From a virus (lineage: Duplodnaviria > Caudoviricetes), in the IMG/VR virus record IMGVR_UViG_3300021255_002485, positions 67,802 through 131,801 of that record: 64,000 bases of DNA; one strand, 5' to 3'. Made by a program: the position numbers and the translations under genes. Below, piece by piece: positions 28,943 to 38,867 of this stretch (positions are counted from its first letter, which is position 1; each line of letters begins with the position of its first letter). Under the pieces are notes generated by a model. The model searched no databases. It was not told where the DNA came from and saw nothing but the letters and a program-made list of their open reading frames with translations.

Positions 28943-29174
28943 CCCTTATCTCACTTTCCTGCTCTATTTCTTCCTGCAAAGTATCTACTCTCTGCAATAG
29001 CAGTTTCTCATACAAGCTACCGACATTATCAAGAAATTCCAGTGCAGCTATAGCGGTAGCAAATGCCTTATCTCTTTCAGGATTGTCACCTATAAGCGAA
29101 TACATTAGAGCACCCTTGCGAAAGCCCTCATTGAGATTTTTTAAATACTTTATGGCTTTTTCTTCTCTGCTCAT
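28929..29174 (-). CDS. small hypothetical protein
   Basis: GAGGAGG RBS. Confidence 0.65.
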   Translation of the reverse strand: MSREEKAIKYLKNLNEGFRKGALMYSLIGDNPERDKAFATAIAALEFLDNVGSLYEKLLLQRVDTLQEEIEQESEIRDESD

Positions 29175-29379
29175 TCTTTATTCCTCCTCAAAAATTGTTT
29201 TAAGATAAAATAATTCATTACGTTCATCCGCATCAAGAAGATCCTCCTGTTCTACGATTTTAATAAGTAAATACAATGCCCGCTTTATATTTTTAATATC
29301 TTCTTCCATATCTTCTCCTTTCGTTTTTTTTAATTTCGTCATCTTGTGAATATCCATTAACGATGAAATTTACTTTTTA

Positions 29380-29862
29380 TTATAATTCTTCTATTAAACG
29401 GGATTTTTTATCTCCTACCTTAATAAACTCGTGTTGACCCAAAATATAACTCCCAAGATACTCAATTTCTAATATTTTCGCTATATTACACATATGAGCT
29501 TCGCTCACTAAGTCATCTGAACTTGCTTCAATAATGTTATTAGGATGATTATGATAGTCCACAAAAGCTTTAGAACCGCTTAAAACCAAAAACAATACAA
29601 TGTTTCTCATATACACTGGAACATTATCTTGACATCCCAATGCTATATTGATGATTCCAATAATTTCATTTTTAGAATTAATTCCTAACAAGTAAATATG
29701 TTCATTTTCCATAATTCCTAAATGAATTAAATTAGCCATTATATATATACCAAAAGCTTCATCATAATCAGTTTCTGTCACATCAAATTCATTAATTCGT
29801 ATTAATCCCGGTTTTTCATTTTCGTCATGAATCAATTCATATAATGGTATAGTTTTCATCAA
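29380..29862 (-). CDS. RadC-like JAB domain protein
   Basis: E..YLLG, HNHP, SSDD JAB metal motif. Confidence 0.85.
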   Translation of the reverse strand: MMKTIPLYELIHDENEKPGLIRINEFDVTETDYDEAFGIYIMANLIHLGIMENEHIYLLGINSKNEIIGIINIALGCQDNVPVYMRNIVLFLVLSGSKAFVDYHNHPNNIIEASSDDLVSEAHMCNIAKILEIEYLGSYILGQHEFIKVGDKKSRLIEEL

Positions 29863-30257
29863 AATAAACCCCTCTCATTGTTTTGTCTTTGTATTTCTTT
29901 GTAAAAAGGATCGCTTTCTGCCCAATCTTCCATATCAACACATATCTTTCCCTTAAATTCCGGATAATATTTCTTACAATAACGTGTCATAAAATCTATT
30001 GTACCAGCTCTTGATGTCTCAATTTCAGCTTCTAGGTCTTCTTTATAATATGATACTCCTATGATTATGGGGATATCTGTAACTGCTGCATATTGAAAAG
30101 CATACCATTTACTCCATTCTCTTACACTTTTTTGTCTCTCAGGCCTTAAATCAAATGTAAAAGATAACGGTCTATCTTGCCATTTAAGTCCCCCACCCTC
30201 ATTCAAAATGTCATAGGCTTCATTGAGATTAATTACTTTATATTGTTTCATACTCAA
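29859..30257 (-). CDS. hypothetical protein
   Basis: 132-aa ORF. Confidence 0.65.
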   Translation of the reverse strand: MSMKQYKVINLNEAYDILNEGGGLKWQDRPLSFTFDLRPERQKSVREWSKWYAFQYAAVTDIPIIIGVSYYKEDLEAEIETSRAGTIDFMTRYCKKYYPEFKGKICVDMEDWAESDPFYKEIQRQNNERGLF

Positions 30258-30263
30258 TCTCCT

Positions 30264-30971
30264 TTATGAATTGCAATATAATGCTGACACTGAACCATAT
30301 TCTCTAGCCAAACTTTTCCATCCCCCCTTTTTTTGTTCACTATTAAAGTGTTTTATGAAACGATGTATATCATCAATATTGATATTTTTGTTATTCTTTA
30401 TCCATTTATCGGTTACATCCACTATCTCAGCAGTGTCGGGGTTAATATAAAATTCTGCTCCATATCCATTTGAACAAACCATCCCATTTTCATACCAAGT
30501 ATCTTCTTTTTCACTTAAATTATCCTTATTCCAATGTATATATCTAGTAAGATACAATTCATTATTATGAATATCTCTATAGACTTCACCAGTAATTCTT
30601 ACCGAATCCTTTATTAAAGGAGTATCACTCATATTCCATCTCTTATAAAATACGGCTCTTGTTCCACTTGGAGCCTCATTCTTACGTTTTTGATATTCTG
30701 CTTCTCTTTTTTCTTCACTTAAATTCCGCAAAACATTGCGATTGTTATCTTTAAGAACCAAATCTCCATTTTCTCTACGGATATCTCGCAACTCATTAGT
30801 TTGTATATCCCTTATCCTGCCCTTATGGTCAAAATAGACGTTTTCTGGATTTTCATTTCGTTCTCTACGCTGAATTCCCCGTTTTTTCCCATCAAGGTCG
30901 TCTAAATACTCTTTTGTATGTCCGACAGCATTAGTTATAGCAATTGTTAAAGCATATACTATCCCAAACAT
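30264..30971 (-). CDS. hypothetical protein with N-terminal hydrophobic segment
   Basis: 235-aa ORF, AAGGAG RBS. Confidence 0.7.
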   Translation of the reverse strand: MFGIVYALTIAITNAVGHTKEYLDDLDGKKRGIQRRERNENPENVYFDHKGRIRDIQTNELRDIRRENGDLVLKDNNRNVLRNLSEEKREAEYQKRKNEAPSGTRAVFYKRWNMSDTPLIKDSVRITGEVYRDIHNNELYLTRYIHWNKDNLSEKEDTWYENGMVCSNGYGAEFYINPDTAEIVDVTDKWIKNNKNINIDDIHRFIKHFNSEQKKGGWKSLAREYGSVSALYCNS

Positions 30972-31120
30972 ATCTCTATTCTCCTTTTTTCATCCCCTCA
31001 ATATAATTTCGCAACGAATCCTTATCTTCTTTACCAGAAAATAACACTTCAATAATAGCTGTTACTATACATACTACAACAGCTATTCCTATCCCGATTA
31101 TTATGATTTTAACCATATTC

Positions 31121-31309
31121 TCATCCACACTTAAGATTATACTCTTTGATAAGTCTCTGTGCCACCATTCTATTCAGATCTCTACAAGTAAAACTGATGT
31201 GTTTTCCCTCTTTTATGTATATTACATGATCCCCTTTTGTCCGGTCATACGAATAACCATTATTTCTTAGTAGACATGCAAATTCTCTTGATGTATATAC
31301 TTTTTTCAT
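31121..31309 (-). CDS. HicA-family mRNA interferase-like protein
   Basis: LLRNNGY..DRTKGDHVIY HicA motif; start MKKVY after GAAAGGA. Confidence 0.75.
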   Translation of the reverse strand: MKKVYTSREFACLLRNNGYSYDRTKGDHVIYIKEGKHISFTCRDLNRMVAQRLIKEYNLKCG

Positions 31310-31322
31310 ATCCTTTCGCAAT

Positions 31323-31351
31323 ATTATATTCTCTTCTTTTAATTTTGTCAA
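31323..31351 (-). promoter_or_regulatory. sigma-A promoter with AATTAAAA spacer motif
   Basis: TTGACA-AAATTAAAAGAAGAGAA(17)-TATAAT. Confidence 0.85.
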
Positions 31352-32050
31352 TCAATGAGCCTTGAATATAACATGTTCTCCTTTCTTAAGTGCCCAACAT
31401 CCCTCTTCCTTAAAAGCACATTCACTACAATTCCCGCCACAATAATAAGCTCCATACTCAGGAGCCGTTGTATCTCCGTTCTCATATAATACATGAGCAC
31501 AAGGAAGATTATGAGGATTATCTATCTTCATTCCCTTCCAGACGCTCATAATCGGATGAACGTTTTTAGGAAACTTATGATTATCAAGAAATTCATTAAT
31601 TCCCTTATAATTCTTAGTAAAAAATAAAATCATTACTTTTGGATTCTTCCGTCCCAATGCAGCCACATAAGCAAAATCGTCATCTGTCAGATCACCACCA
31701 ACATTGATCCTTAACTCCATAACGAAATTTGCCTTAACCTGCATATTAACTTCATCCCAAAACCTTTTAGGATCTATTTTATGAATGGCTGAATTTCTCG
31801 CCCTATCATTGATTGTCCTATCATATATCATATCATTCTTAAGATCATAACAGTTATGCTGACACTTCCCGCAATTTACACAATCAAGAACCGGAAGTAA
31901 TGATACCGTGTAACAATTCGCTCCTGTCTTTTTATTCCCTTTCTGTATTCTTACATGAAGATTATCTACATTCTCAATTGCCTTATTCCATGCTTTCCGT
32001 AACCTATCAAGTCTTTTCTTTATTCCGTCATTTGTAAATGCTGCTTTCAT
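31352..32050 (-). CDS. Gp88-like Cys-rich (Fe-S/radical-SAM-related) phage protein
   Basis: GNKKTG, CxxCxxCxxxCY, LRINVGGD, FFTK, C-terminal CGGNCSEC..CW. Confidence 0.7.
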   Translation of the reverse strand: MKAAFTNDGIKKRLDRLRKAWNKAIENVDNLHVRIQKGNKKTGANCYTVSLLPVLDCVNCGKCQHNCYDLKNDMIYDRTINDRARNSAIHKIDPKRFWDEVNMQVKANFVMELRINVGGDLTDDDFAYVAALGRKNPKVMILFFTKNYKGINEFLDNHKFPKNVHPIMSVWKGMKIDNPHNLPCAHVLYENGDTTAPEYGAYYCGGNCSECAFKEEGCWALKKGEHVIFKAH

Positions 32051-32060
32051 ATAGACCTCC

Positions 32061-32534
32061 TTACGCTGCAACCTTTTGTGGTCGAACTCCGTTAGATAAG
32101 CAAATTTCCGCCACTTCTGCGTTATCTAAAATTCGATTAACCTTGATGGAAGTACTAATAATCCAAGGATCTTGCTGTTTTGAATTCGTTTTAAAGAGGT
32201 AATATCCGTCAAAATTCAGACTTCTAAATCCATATCTCTGCTCACATTTCACTTCTTTATCTTTGACTTCGCATTCGCACCACACTGTATCTTTTCTCTG
32301 CATCAGCTTTCCGTCTGAATCTCTTTTACCAATCCAATCCGTCCACGGTAATGTAGTTGAGTGCCAACCAGGGCGAAGACTCAACGCTCCAAGACGGCTT
32401 TTTACATGAATCTCATCTGCTTTATCTCCAACTTTTGCGTCTAACCACTTACCAATCTCAACTTCTTCATTTGCAAAAACATAGAGCGGAAACAGCTTTC
32501 CGCTCTTAAATCTGAATAACTTATATGTTTTCAT
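32061..32534 (-). CDS. conserved phage hypothetical protein (LFPLYV, LRPGWH)
   Basis: 157-aa ORF. Confidence 0.7.
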   Translation of the reverse strand: MKTYKLFRFKSGKLFPLYVFANEEVEIGKWLDAKVGDKADEIHVKSRLGALSLRPGWHSTTLPWTDWIGKRDSDGKLMQRKDTVWCECEVKDKEVKCEQRYGFRSLNFDGYYLFKTNSKQQDPWIISTSIKVNRILDNAEVAEICLSNGVRPQKVAA

Positions 32535-32548
32535 ATCTTTTTCTTCCT

Positions 32549-33154
32549 TTAAGCTGCTTCGGTTAATTCGTTCTTAAACATCTTTTTCCACTCTTCTATT
32601 GCATCGAGAATATCTTTATTACTTGCATTGAATACATTGATTCTGGATATTGTCACCTTTGTACGATGCTTGTTATCACATTTCTTATAGCTAACATCTA
32701 TGCATACATTCCCATCTGCTTTAGCAATGATCTGATATTCAAACAATCCCTGGGATAAAACGAATTCGTTTGTTCCATACTTAAAATTATGTTTCCAATG
32801 AAAAACATCATCATCAGCAATTCTGGGAAGTTCCTTCATAATTACGTACTCGTCTTTACCATTTCGATTTATGAATCCACAATAATACTTATTTCCGATA
32901 AACTTCTTCTTTTTCATTCCCATCCAACTATCTGTATAACCTATAAATGAATGGTCTTTCATAGTTGACTTAAAGCACTTTCCTTTGTCATGTACTTCTA
33001 TTTCAAAGTTCTCGAAACGTTCTATTGAATACTCAAACAGCTTATCCATATTCTTGATAAAACCAATTGCAGTTCCCTTATTCTCAAGATCTTTAGCATC
33101 ATATCGTGCAACATAAGCAACTCTCTTTACATCTTCGTTTCCATAATAGTTCAT
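32549..33154 (-). CDS. hypothetical protein
   Basis: 201-aa ORF, GGAGG RBS. Confidence 0.7.
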   Translation of the reverse strand: MNYYGNEDVKRVAYVARYDAKDLENKGTAIGFIKNMDKLFEYSIERFENFEIEVHDKGKCFKSTMKDHSFIGYTDSWMGMKKKKFIGNKYYCGFINRNGKDEYVIMKELPRIADDDVFHWKHNFKYGTNEFVLSQGLFEYQIIAKADGNVCIDVSYKKCDNKHRTKVTISRINVFNASNKDILDAIEEWKKMFKNELTEAA

Positions 33155-33171
33155 GTCTTTTTCCCTCCATG

Positions 33172-33200
33172 AAAAAAGAGCCGCATTTCTGCGACTCTTT
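33172..33200 (-). terminator. intrinsic terminator
   Basis: AGAGTCGCA-GAAA-TGCGGCTCT followed by a T-run. Confidence 0.8.
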
Positions 33201-33235
33201 ACTACTGCTTTCTCTTAATCTAACTGATATATTAC

Positions 33236-33574
33236 TTATGCCACCTGTTCGATTGCATTTACCTTATCAAAACCCTCAATCACTTCCCTTAGCGTTTCTG
33301 CGCTATTATTATCTATAAGATAGTTAAACCATTCAATCAGCTTATCTTCCGGCAAACGTTGTATCATAAAGTTTACAATAGCATTCTGTATTTGCGTCTG
33401 TGTTGCAACTCCTAAACCTTTTACGTGTGAAAACCGATCCCAATTAGCTATTACGTCTTCAATTGTCATACATCCAAATCTCTTAATTGCATTTGTAGGC
33501 TTATTGCTGCTGAATTCAAGCACATCTACCGGCATTTTTTTCATTTCCTCTGTCATCATAATCTGAATATTCAT
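33236..33574 (-). CDS. stand-alone RNA polymerase alpha C-terminal-domain-like protein
   Basis: PVDVLEFS...NAIKRFG..TIEDV...VKGLG, matching the alphaCTD HhH pattern. Confidence 0.72.
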   Translation of the reverse strand: MNIQIMMTEEMKKMPVDVLEFSSNKPTNAIKRFGCMTIEDVIANWDRFSHVKGLGVATQTQIQNAIVNFMIQRLPEDKLIEWFNYLIDNNSAETLREVIEGFDKVNAIEQVA

Positions 33575-33632
33575 ATTTTTATCCTCCTTATATATTCCAT
33601 CGTTGATATTCACCTCTAATCAAATAAGTCTT

Positions 33633-33881
33633 TTATTTGCTCAAATCTAAATAAACTCTTTTTCTCTCCTTTCTTTCACCGTAGCGAACCGGAATAGGAA
33701 CAATTGCATAATATCCACATGGTGTATTTCCCATATGATCATCCCACGTTCTTTCATAGCGATAATACATTTTCAAAGTTGTAATCTTGTAATTATCTAT
33801 ACAAACCGTAACATTTTCCTTATCCCATCCATATTCTTCTACAGTATGTTCCTTCCCGTATTTATCTTTAAGATAATGCAT
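33633..33881 (-). CDS. small hypothetical protein
   Basis: GGAGG RBS; stop overlaps the palindrome at 33619. Confidence 0.65.
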   Translation of the reverse strand: MHYLKDKYGKEHTVEEYGWDKENVTVCIDNYKITTLKMYYRYERTWDDHMGNTPCGYYAIVPIPVRYGERKERKRVYLDLSK

Positions 33882-34144
33882 TATACCTCCAATCCTCTAT
33901 TGTTTTTTTCATTATCAATTACTCCAACAATACCGCTCATAAGATCATGTATTTCCATATCCCGTGTCTTACCAGAAAAATACAAAACCACGAAATCTCT
34001 TAAGTTCTGTAAATCAATATCTGACCGTTCACCAATGCAGAAGTGTTTGCGTAAAGTATTTACTTCATCTTCCTCAAGCCATCCATGATGTTTAGCTTTG
34101 AAGTCTAACGACTTGAGCATATGATAATTTGTTTTCGCAATCAT
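33881..34144 (-). CDS. small hypothetical protein
   Basis: AGGAGG RBS. Confidence 0.65.
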   Translation of the reverse strand: MIAKTNYHMLKSLDFKAKHHGWLEEDEVNTLRKHFCIGERSDIDLQNLRDFVVLYFSGKTRDMEIHDLMSGIVGVIDNEKNNRGLEV

Positions 34145-34328
34145 ATGACCTCCTTTAATGCTTTTTGTAGAAATAATAGTGTTCTCCTAAATCCCCTAAT
34201 TCTCCGTCTATCTTATAGTTCTGTGCTATCTTTTTAATTGCGTCAATTTCGGAATTATAAGTATTGATAAATTCTTCTCTTCCGGATTTAATCCATCTTA
34301 CATAAACATAAAACATATTTAACCTCCG

Positions 34329-34529
34329 TTAATCTTCTTCGTAATAATCCATATCCTCTTCAGCATCTTCTATATCATGTAAATTAAAGCTGAAATCATT
34401 AAATAACTCCTCATCTGTAAAACCTAAGTATAAAAGATGCCGAATTGTTTCTTTACAATTTCGTCCAATAGATTCGTGGTCTATTATTTTATTTAACATT
34501 TCCTTTTGTCTTTCATATGTCATGCTCAT
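34329..34529 (-). CDS. small acidic protein, paralog A (MSMTYERQ)
   Basis: Clear paralog of 35451-35657. Confidence 0.75.
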   Translation of the reverse strand: MSMTYERQKEMLNKIIDHESIGRNCKETIRHLLYLGFTDEELFNDFSFNLHDIEDAEEDMDYYEED

Positions 34530-34558
34530 TTTTATTCCTCCCTTATAAAATTCAGCTT

Positions 34559-35200
34559 TCATTTTTTCTTTTTGCTATACAAATATTCCATTCTTCGCTC
34601 AACTTCCGCATCGTTTTCAGGATCATCAAAATATTTGTAAGCAAGCAACATTGGATAATCACTATCTTTAGCTCTATCCCACATCAGATGCTCTGCCCAA
34701 CAAGGCTCCCCATTAGATTCCTCACACCAGCTTGGCCATTCGTTCATCAACGAATAAGGAGAATTATAATTACATCTATCATTTATGACATATTCTTTAT
34801 TATAGTCATAAATTCTTACCAATATATCCTCAATCGAAACTCGCTTAGCTAATCGGCAGAGCCAGTTCATGAATTCATGGAAAGTTTCACTAAATTCTCT
34901 ATCTCTAAAAGCACCGTTGACTACTAATATGTATCTATCTTGTACCCTAAGCCAACCTCTTTTCTGATTATGATAACCATATGAATCAGTTAAATTGTTT
35001 GTGCAGTCTCCATATTCATCACAGGAGCAACTTGAATTTGTTCCATTTTCCTGGATAGTATATACATTCATATCACCTTCAGATCCGGTTACCAACGGAA
35101 GATGATTTAAGACCGTTTCCAAGATATATCTTTTTTCTGCCTGAGTTCTTCCCATCGGTTGAACTTCAATGGTTCCGTTTATGTATGCCCACCAACTCAT
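34559..35200 (-). CDS. hypothetical phage protein (PLVTGSEG motif)
   Basis: 213-aa ORF between palindromes at 34545 and 35226. Confidence 0.75.
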   Translation of the reverse strand: MSWWAYINGTIEVQPMGRTQAEKRYILETVLNHLPLVTGSEGDMNVYTIQENGTNSSCSCDEYGDCTNNLTDSYGYHNQKRGWLRVQDRYILVVNGAFRDREFSETFHEFMNWLCRLAKRVSIEDILVRIYDYNKEYVINDRCNYNSPYSLMNEWPSWCEESNGEPCWAEHLMWDRAKDSDYPMLLAYKYFDDPENDAEVERRMEYLYSKKKK

Positions 35201-35450
35201 TTATGCCTCCTTGTTTCTCCTTCCCATAAAACTCAACTTTTATCGCTCCTCTGTCCAATAGCTTGATGTTATATCAATATCCTTTACCTTTGCTTTATGT
35301 TTTCTGGCAGCTTTTTTCTTTGCTTTATCCCACGCTTCATCGAATGTTTTTGCTTTTACAGAAACTTTTTCATAAAATGGTGGTTCATAACAACTGCAAG
35401 TAAATTCTGCTTTTACCATATTATCTATCTCCTATCAAAAGTTATTTCAT

Positions 35451-35657
35451 TTAATCTTCTTCGTATTCATTCATATCTTTTTTTGCATCTTCAATATCAT
35501 GCAGATTAAAATAAAAACCAAAATCATTAAATAATTCTTCATCTGTAAATCCGAGCCAAAGAAGATGTTGTACTAATTCCTTACAATTCCGTTTAGCCGC
35601 TTCATAATCAATCATTCTATTTAACATTTCCCTTTGTCTATCATAAGTCATACTCAT
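35451..35657 (-). CDS. small acidic protein, paralog B (MSMTYDRQ)
   Basis: Clear paralog of 34329-34529. Confidence 0.75.
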   Translation of the reverse strand: MSMTYDRQREMLNRMIDYEAAKRNCKELVQHLLWLGFTDEELFNDFGFYFNLHDIEDAKKDMNEYEED

Positions 35658-35690
35658 ATCATTCCTCTTCTTCATAATAAAAAAGTTATT

Positions 35691-35876
35691 TTATTGAACC
35701 TTATATGGAATACTTTCACTACCCATATCTTCGAGTCTCTTTCCAATTAAATCTCTAACAACCCACAACTGCGTAACCGTTCCAGCTATAAATCCCACAC
35801 AATTGCATGTTTCTTTCTGCATATCCTGTAATATATTTATTACTTCTTCTCTTGTATAAATTTCTTTATTCTCCAT
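35691..35876 (-). CDS. small hypothetical protein
   Basis: Stop overlaps the palindrome at 35677. Confidence 0.6.
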   Translation of the reverse strand: MENKEIYTREEVINILQDMQKETCNCVGFIAGTVTQLWVVRDLIGKRLEDMGSESIPYKVQ

Positions 35877-36625
35877 AACTATTTTCCTTCCATCAAGGCA
35901 TTATTTTATCTCTACATTTTCTAACGCAGCTTCAAGCAGTATATTCGTTATCGTTTCGATTGGTTGATTTGTTTCAATCGAAATATCATTAATCCGTTTA
36001 TACGTTTCTGGTTTAACAACTACTGTTGCTCTTCTTGCTTTTGATTTACCTTCTTGTTTTTTTATAATTATTTTGTCCATTTTATATTCTCCTTTATCTT
36101 ATAAAATTGCCTATCTAAATTTTCATAAATCCATTGTTATCAACAATTCCCGTGTTTTTAGATGTACTAATTTTGGTTTTTTCGCCTTATCTAACCTAAT
36201 CGTAAAATAGTATTTTTATTTCCATTTTTCTATTTTTACTTTATCCCACTCTTCCTTTTTAATAAGAGTACAGAACCCGTCGGAACACCTAATTTTTATA
36301 CATCCTGATTCTAATATATCGATCCGTGTTGGTTTATCATAAGATACCTTGCGATTTCTTTCGCTATCTATAAATGTAATACTATAATCTTTCATACATT
36401 TCGTCTCCGTTCATAAAAATATTATTTTATCAATACCATCCGCTTTTCACACATTTTCCATCTACAAAAATTCTAAATGCCATTTCTATTTCTTTTGCTA
36501 TACGGATAGCTTCTGCTATGGATTTACACTCAATAGGACTTATGCAATATCCCCATTTAGTATTAAATACTATCTTGCATGGTTTCGCTTTTGCCATATT
36601 CTTTACCTCCTATCAAAACCTTGTT

Positions 36626-36856
36626 TTATTGGCATGGATAATCATATAATAACCATGCAACACCTTTTGAATGTCGATCATCAAACCAATGCCAGATGTC
36701 TGTGCGAGTAGTTCCCTTTGCAAACAAATACCAATTATCTGCAAGAATCAATTCGCCATCGTCATCTTCATCAAAAAGAACATCTTCAAATTCATCCCAA
36801 AGCTTTTCTAACTTGGTATCTATCTCTTCAGGTGTGTTTACTTTTATTTTTGGCAT
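36626..36856 (-). CDS. small acidic phage protein (F.KGT.R.DIWHWFD motif)
   Basis: GAGGAG RBS; bounded by palindromes at 36612 and 36880. Confidence 0.7.
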   Translation of the reverse strand: MPKIKVNTPEEIDTKLEKLWDEFEDVLFDEDDDGELILADNWYLFAKGTTRTDIWHWFDDRHSKGVAWLLYDYPCQ

Positions 36857-37098
36857 AATATTCTCCTCTCAAATCCCCAATAAAATCTTGGTTTTATTAG
36901 GTTAATTCATCTTCAAAAGCATCTGCCTTTTTGCCATCATGGAACGTAATATGCCACATTCTTCCAACCTCAATATCTCTTTCTGCATCTGTAAGTTCTT
37001 CTCCAACTTCAACTTCTGTTCCGTTATACTGTACTAAATCGCTCTGTGTTGTATTAAATATCTTCTTCATTTTTTCCTTTCTTAATAAAAACTAGATT

Positions 37099-37437
37099 TC
37101 ATTTTATTCTCTCATCCTCAATTATTACTGTTCCTACCCAAACAATGAGTTGCTTTTTATGTGTTTCATCTAAGTAATATCTAAATTCAAAGTCCGTTGT
37201 ACGATTTGTTTTAGAATCGACTCCCCCGTATGTAATTACTGGATGAGCAAAATCTTTTGGTAATAATTCATCTGGAACATTTTCAAAAAGTTCAACACTT
37301 CCATCTATCACATCCTGCATTGCTGACTGAAATTTGTAATACAATCGTGATTGATATAACTGGCTATGCCTTTCTTCTTTATTAAACTCACAGTATTCAA
37401 CTCTTGCTGTTATTAAGTCGTGTATTTCCATCTGCAT
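37099..37437 (-). CDS. hypothetical protein
   Basis: AGGAGG RBS; bounded by palindromes at 37085 and 37452. Confidence 0.7.
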   Translation of the reverse strand: MQMEIHDLITARVEYCEFNKEERHSQLYQSRLYYKFQSAMQDVIDGSVELFENVPDELLPKDFAHPVITYGGVDSKTNRTTDFEFRYYLDETHKKQLIVWVGTVIIEDERIK

Positions 37438-37913
37438 TTCTCTACCTCCTTATGGAAATGTTATTGTATCATCCCCTCCAAACAGGATACCAATTCCCTT
37501 GACTATCTTTCACCCAATATCCTGTACTCCAAGTATCTGTTAATGGATCATAAACTCGTTTTCCTGTATAAATCATCCTCTCCTACACCTCTTATGAAAT
37601 ATTCGTTTTATTCTTCCTCTTCAGTAATTTCAAAAGTACTATCGCAGTGAATGTTATTTAAAGCGTCACCAATAGCATCTTCAATATCACCTTCCATGCA
37701 ATCGTCGTACACCTCTATCCGTACATTAAAAACTTTAGTATTCATATTGTTCTCCTTTCTATGAAATGTTGTTTTTATTCTGTTTCTGTTTCAAAGTCAT
37801 ACGTAGCAATCGGACATATATCTATATCCCAGTTCATATCTGCTGCTGTTTTCGCTCCAACCGCTTCAAGTAACCTTCTCTGTGCATCTTCGTTAAGATC
37901 ACTGAAATAAATT

Positions 37914-38630
37914 TCAAACGTATTCATCTCTTAAATCGCCTTTCTTTAGTCCAAGCGCATCATACAATTGACACCATAAAACTCCGGTTTTTGTAATCTC
38001 CGCGTTTTCACTTCTCATATCATATTTCTGAAGTAGACCTACATACTTGATAGGTACTGCTGCCAGATTGGAAATATCATAATTCTCTACATTGCCGTCC
38101 AAATGAATAACGCTATATCCTTTTGGAATTTCACCGTAATTTTGTTTCCATATTGCTCTCCCTACTTGTTCCCAAGTTCCGTCTGACATTTTCATTACCA
38201 AACGACCAGACTCTTTGCGAATATCTCCTGTCTCTCTTAATGCTCTTTTACTTCCCTTTGCCCTTACAGAACGCAGCTTATTGGTCGTTGCAACAGATTT
38301 ATCTACGAGAAATCCGTAATTAGCACCAAAATTCTTCATGGAACTATATGTTCTTGTTTCGTTGAATTTTGTATTAAACATCGCCAATGTCTTACGGCAT
38401 CCGTATTTAGGATAATTCTCTTTGAGAAATTCAATCTGTTCAGCAGTGTAGTGTCTATGTGTTTCTCTTGGTTTCTTTATCCCAAGTTTGTAACGAGAGT
38501 GATTTTTGATCCCCGCCACACTTACATTTGTGTCGAATTCCTCGTTATATGCATTTCTCAACTCCTTGTAGGAGGGATAGCGGAGATAATTATCCGCTAT
38601 CCATTGATCGTTCCAATCCATCGTTCTCAT
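37914..38630 (-). CDS. HNH endonuclease-like protein with tandem N-terminal HTH repeats
   Basis: IWKQNYGEIPKGYSVIHLDGN..N.DISNL HNH_3 motif. Confidence 0.8.
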   Translation of the reverse strand: MRTMDWNDQWIADNYLRYPSYKELRNAYNEEFDTNVSVAGIKNHSRYKLGIKKPRETHRHYTAEQIEFLKENYPKYGCRKTLAMFNTKFNETRTYSSMKNFGANYGFLVDKSVATTNKLRSVRAKGSKRALRETGDIRKESGRLVMKMSDGTWEQVGRAIWKQNYGEIPKGYSVIHLDGNVENYDISNLAAVPIKYVGLLQKYDMRSENAEITKTGVLWCQLYDALGLKKGDLRDEYV

Positions 38631-38854
38631 CCTGCGATCAACTTCATTGCATTTGAGTGTGCAAGTGACTTAGACTGTGCAGCTAACTTCTCAGTTCTCA
38701 GTATCAAATCTCCGTTGTTTATCATCTGCTTTGCCAAATTTGTGATTATAATACTCTGCTCATTTTCTGTCTGCCTTTCTTCGGGAGTAAGATCATCACG
38801 AAGAGTAACTGTAATTCTGTCGCCTAACACACTCTGAAGTTCTACTAAATTCAT
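38627..38854 (-). CDS. small hypothetical protein (AKQMINN motif) coupled to the HNH gene
   Basis: Start MNLVELQ after GGAGG. Confidence 0.65.
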   Translation of the reverse strand: MNLVELQSVLGDRITVTLRDDLTPEERQTENEQSIIITNLAKQMINNGDLILRTEKLAAQSKSLAHSNAMKLIAG

Positions 38855-38867
38855 TTTTCCGTCCTCC

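Noticed and set aside
25836-29400. Arbitrium aimR/aimP upstream of the triad
   Set aside because: No ~380-aa TPR protein or secreted propeptide seen
33619-37778. CRISPR array or classical integron attC sites
   Set aside because: The repeats are short palindromes with variable centres separated by whole genes; no constant 25-40-bp repeats, no RYYYAAC/GTTRRRY attC ends and no cas genes
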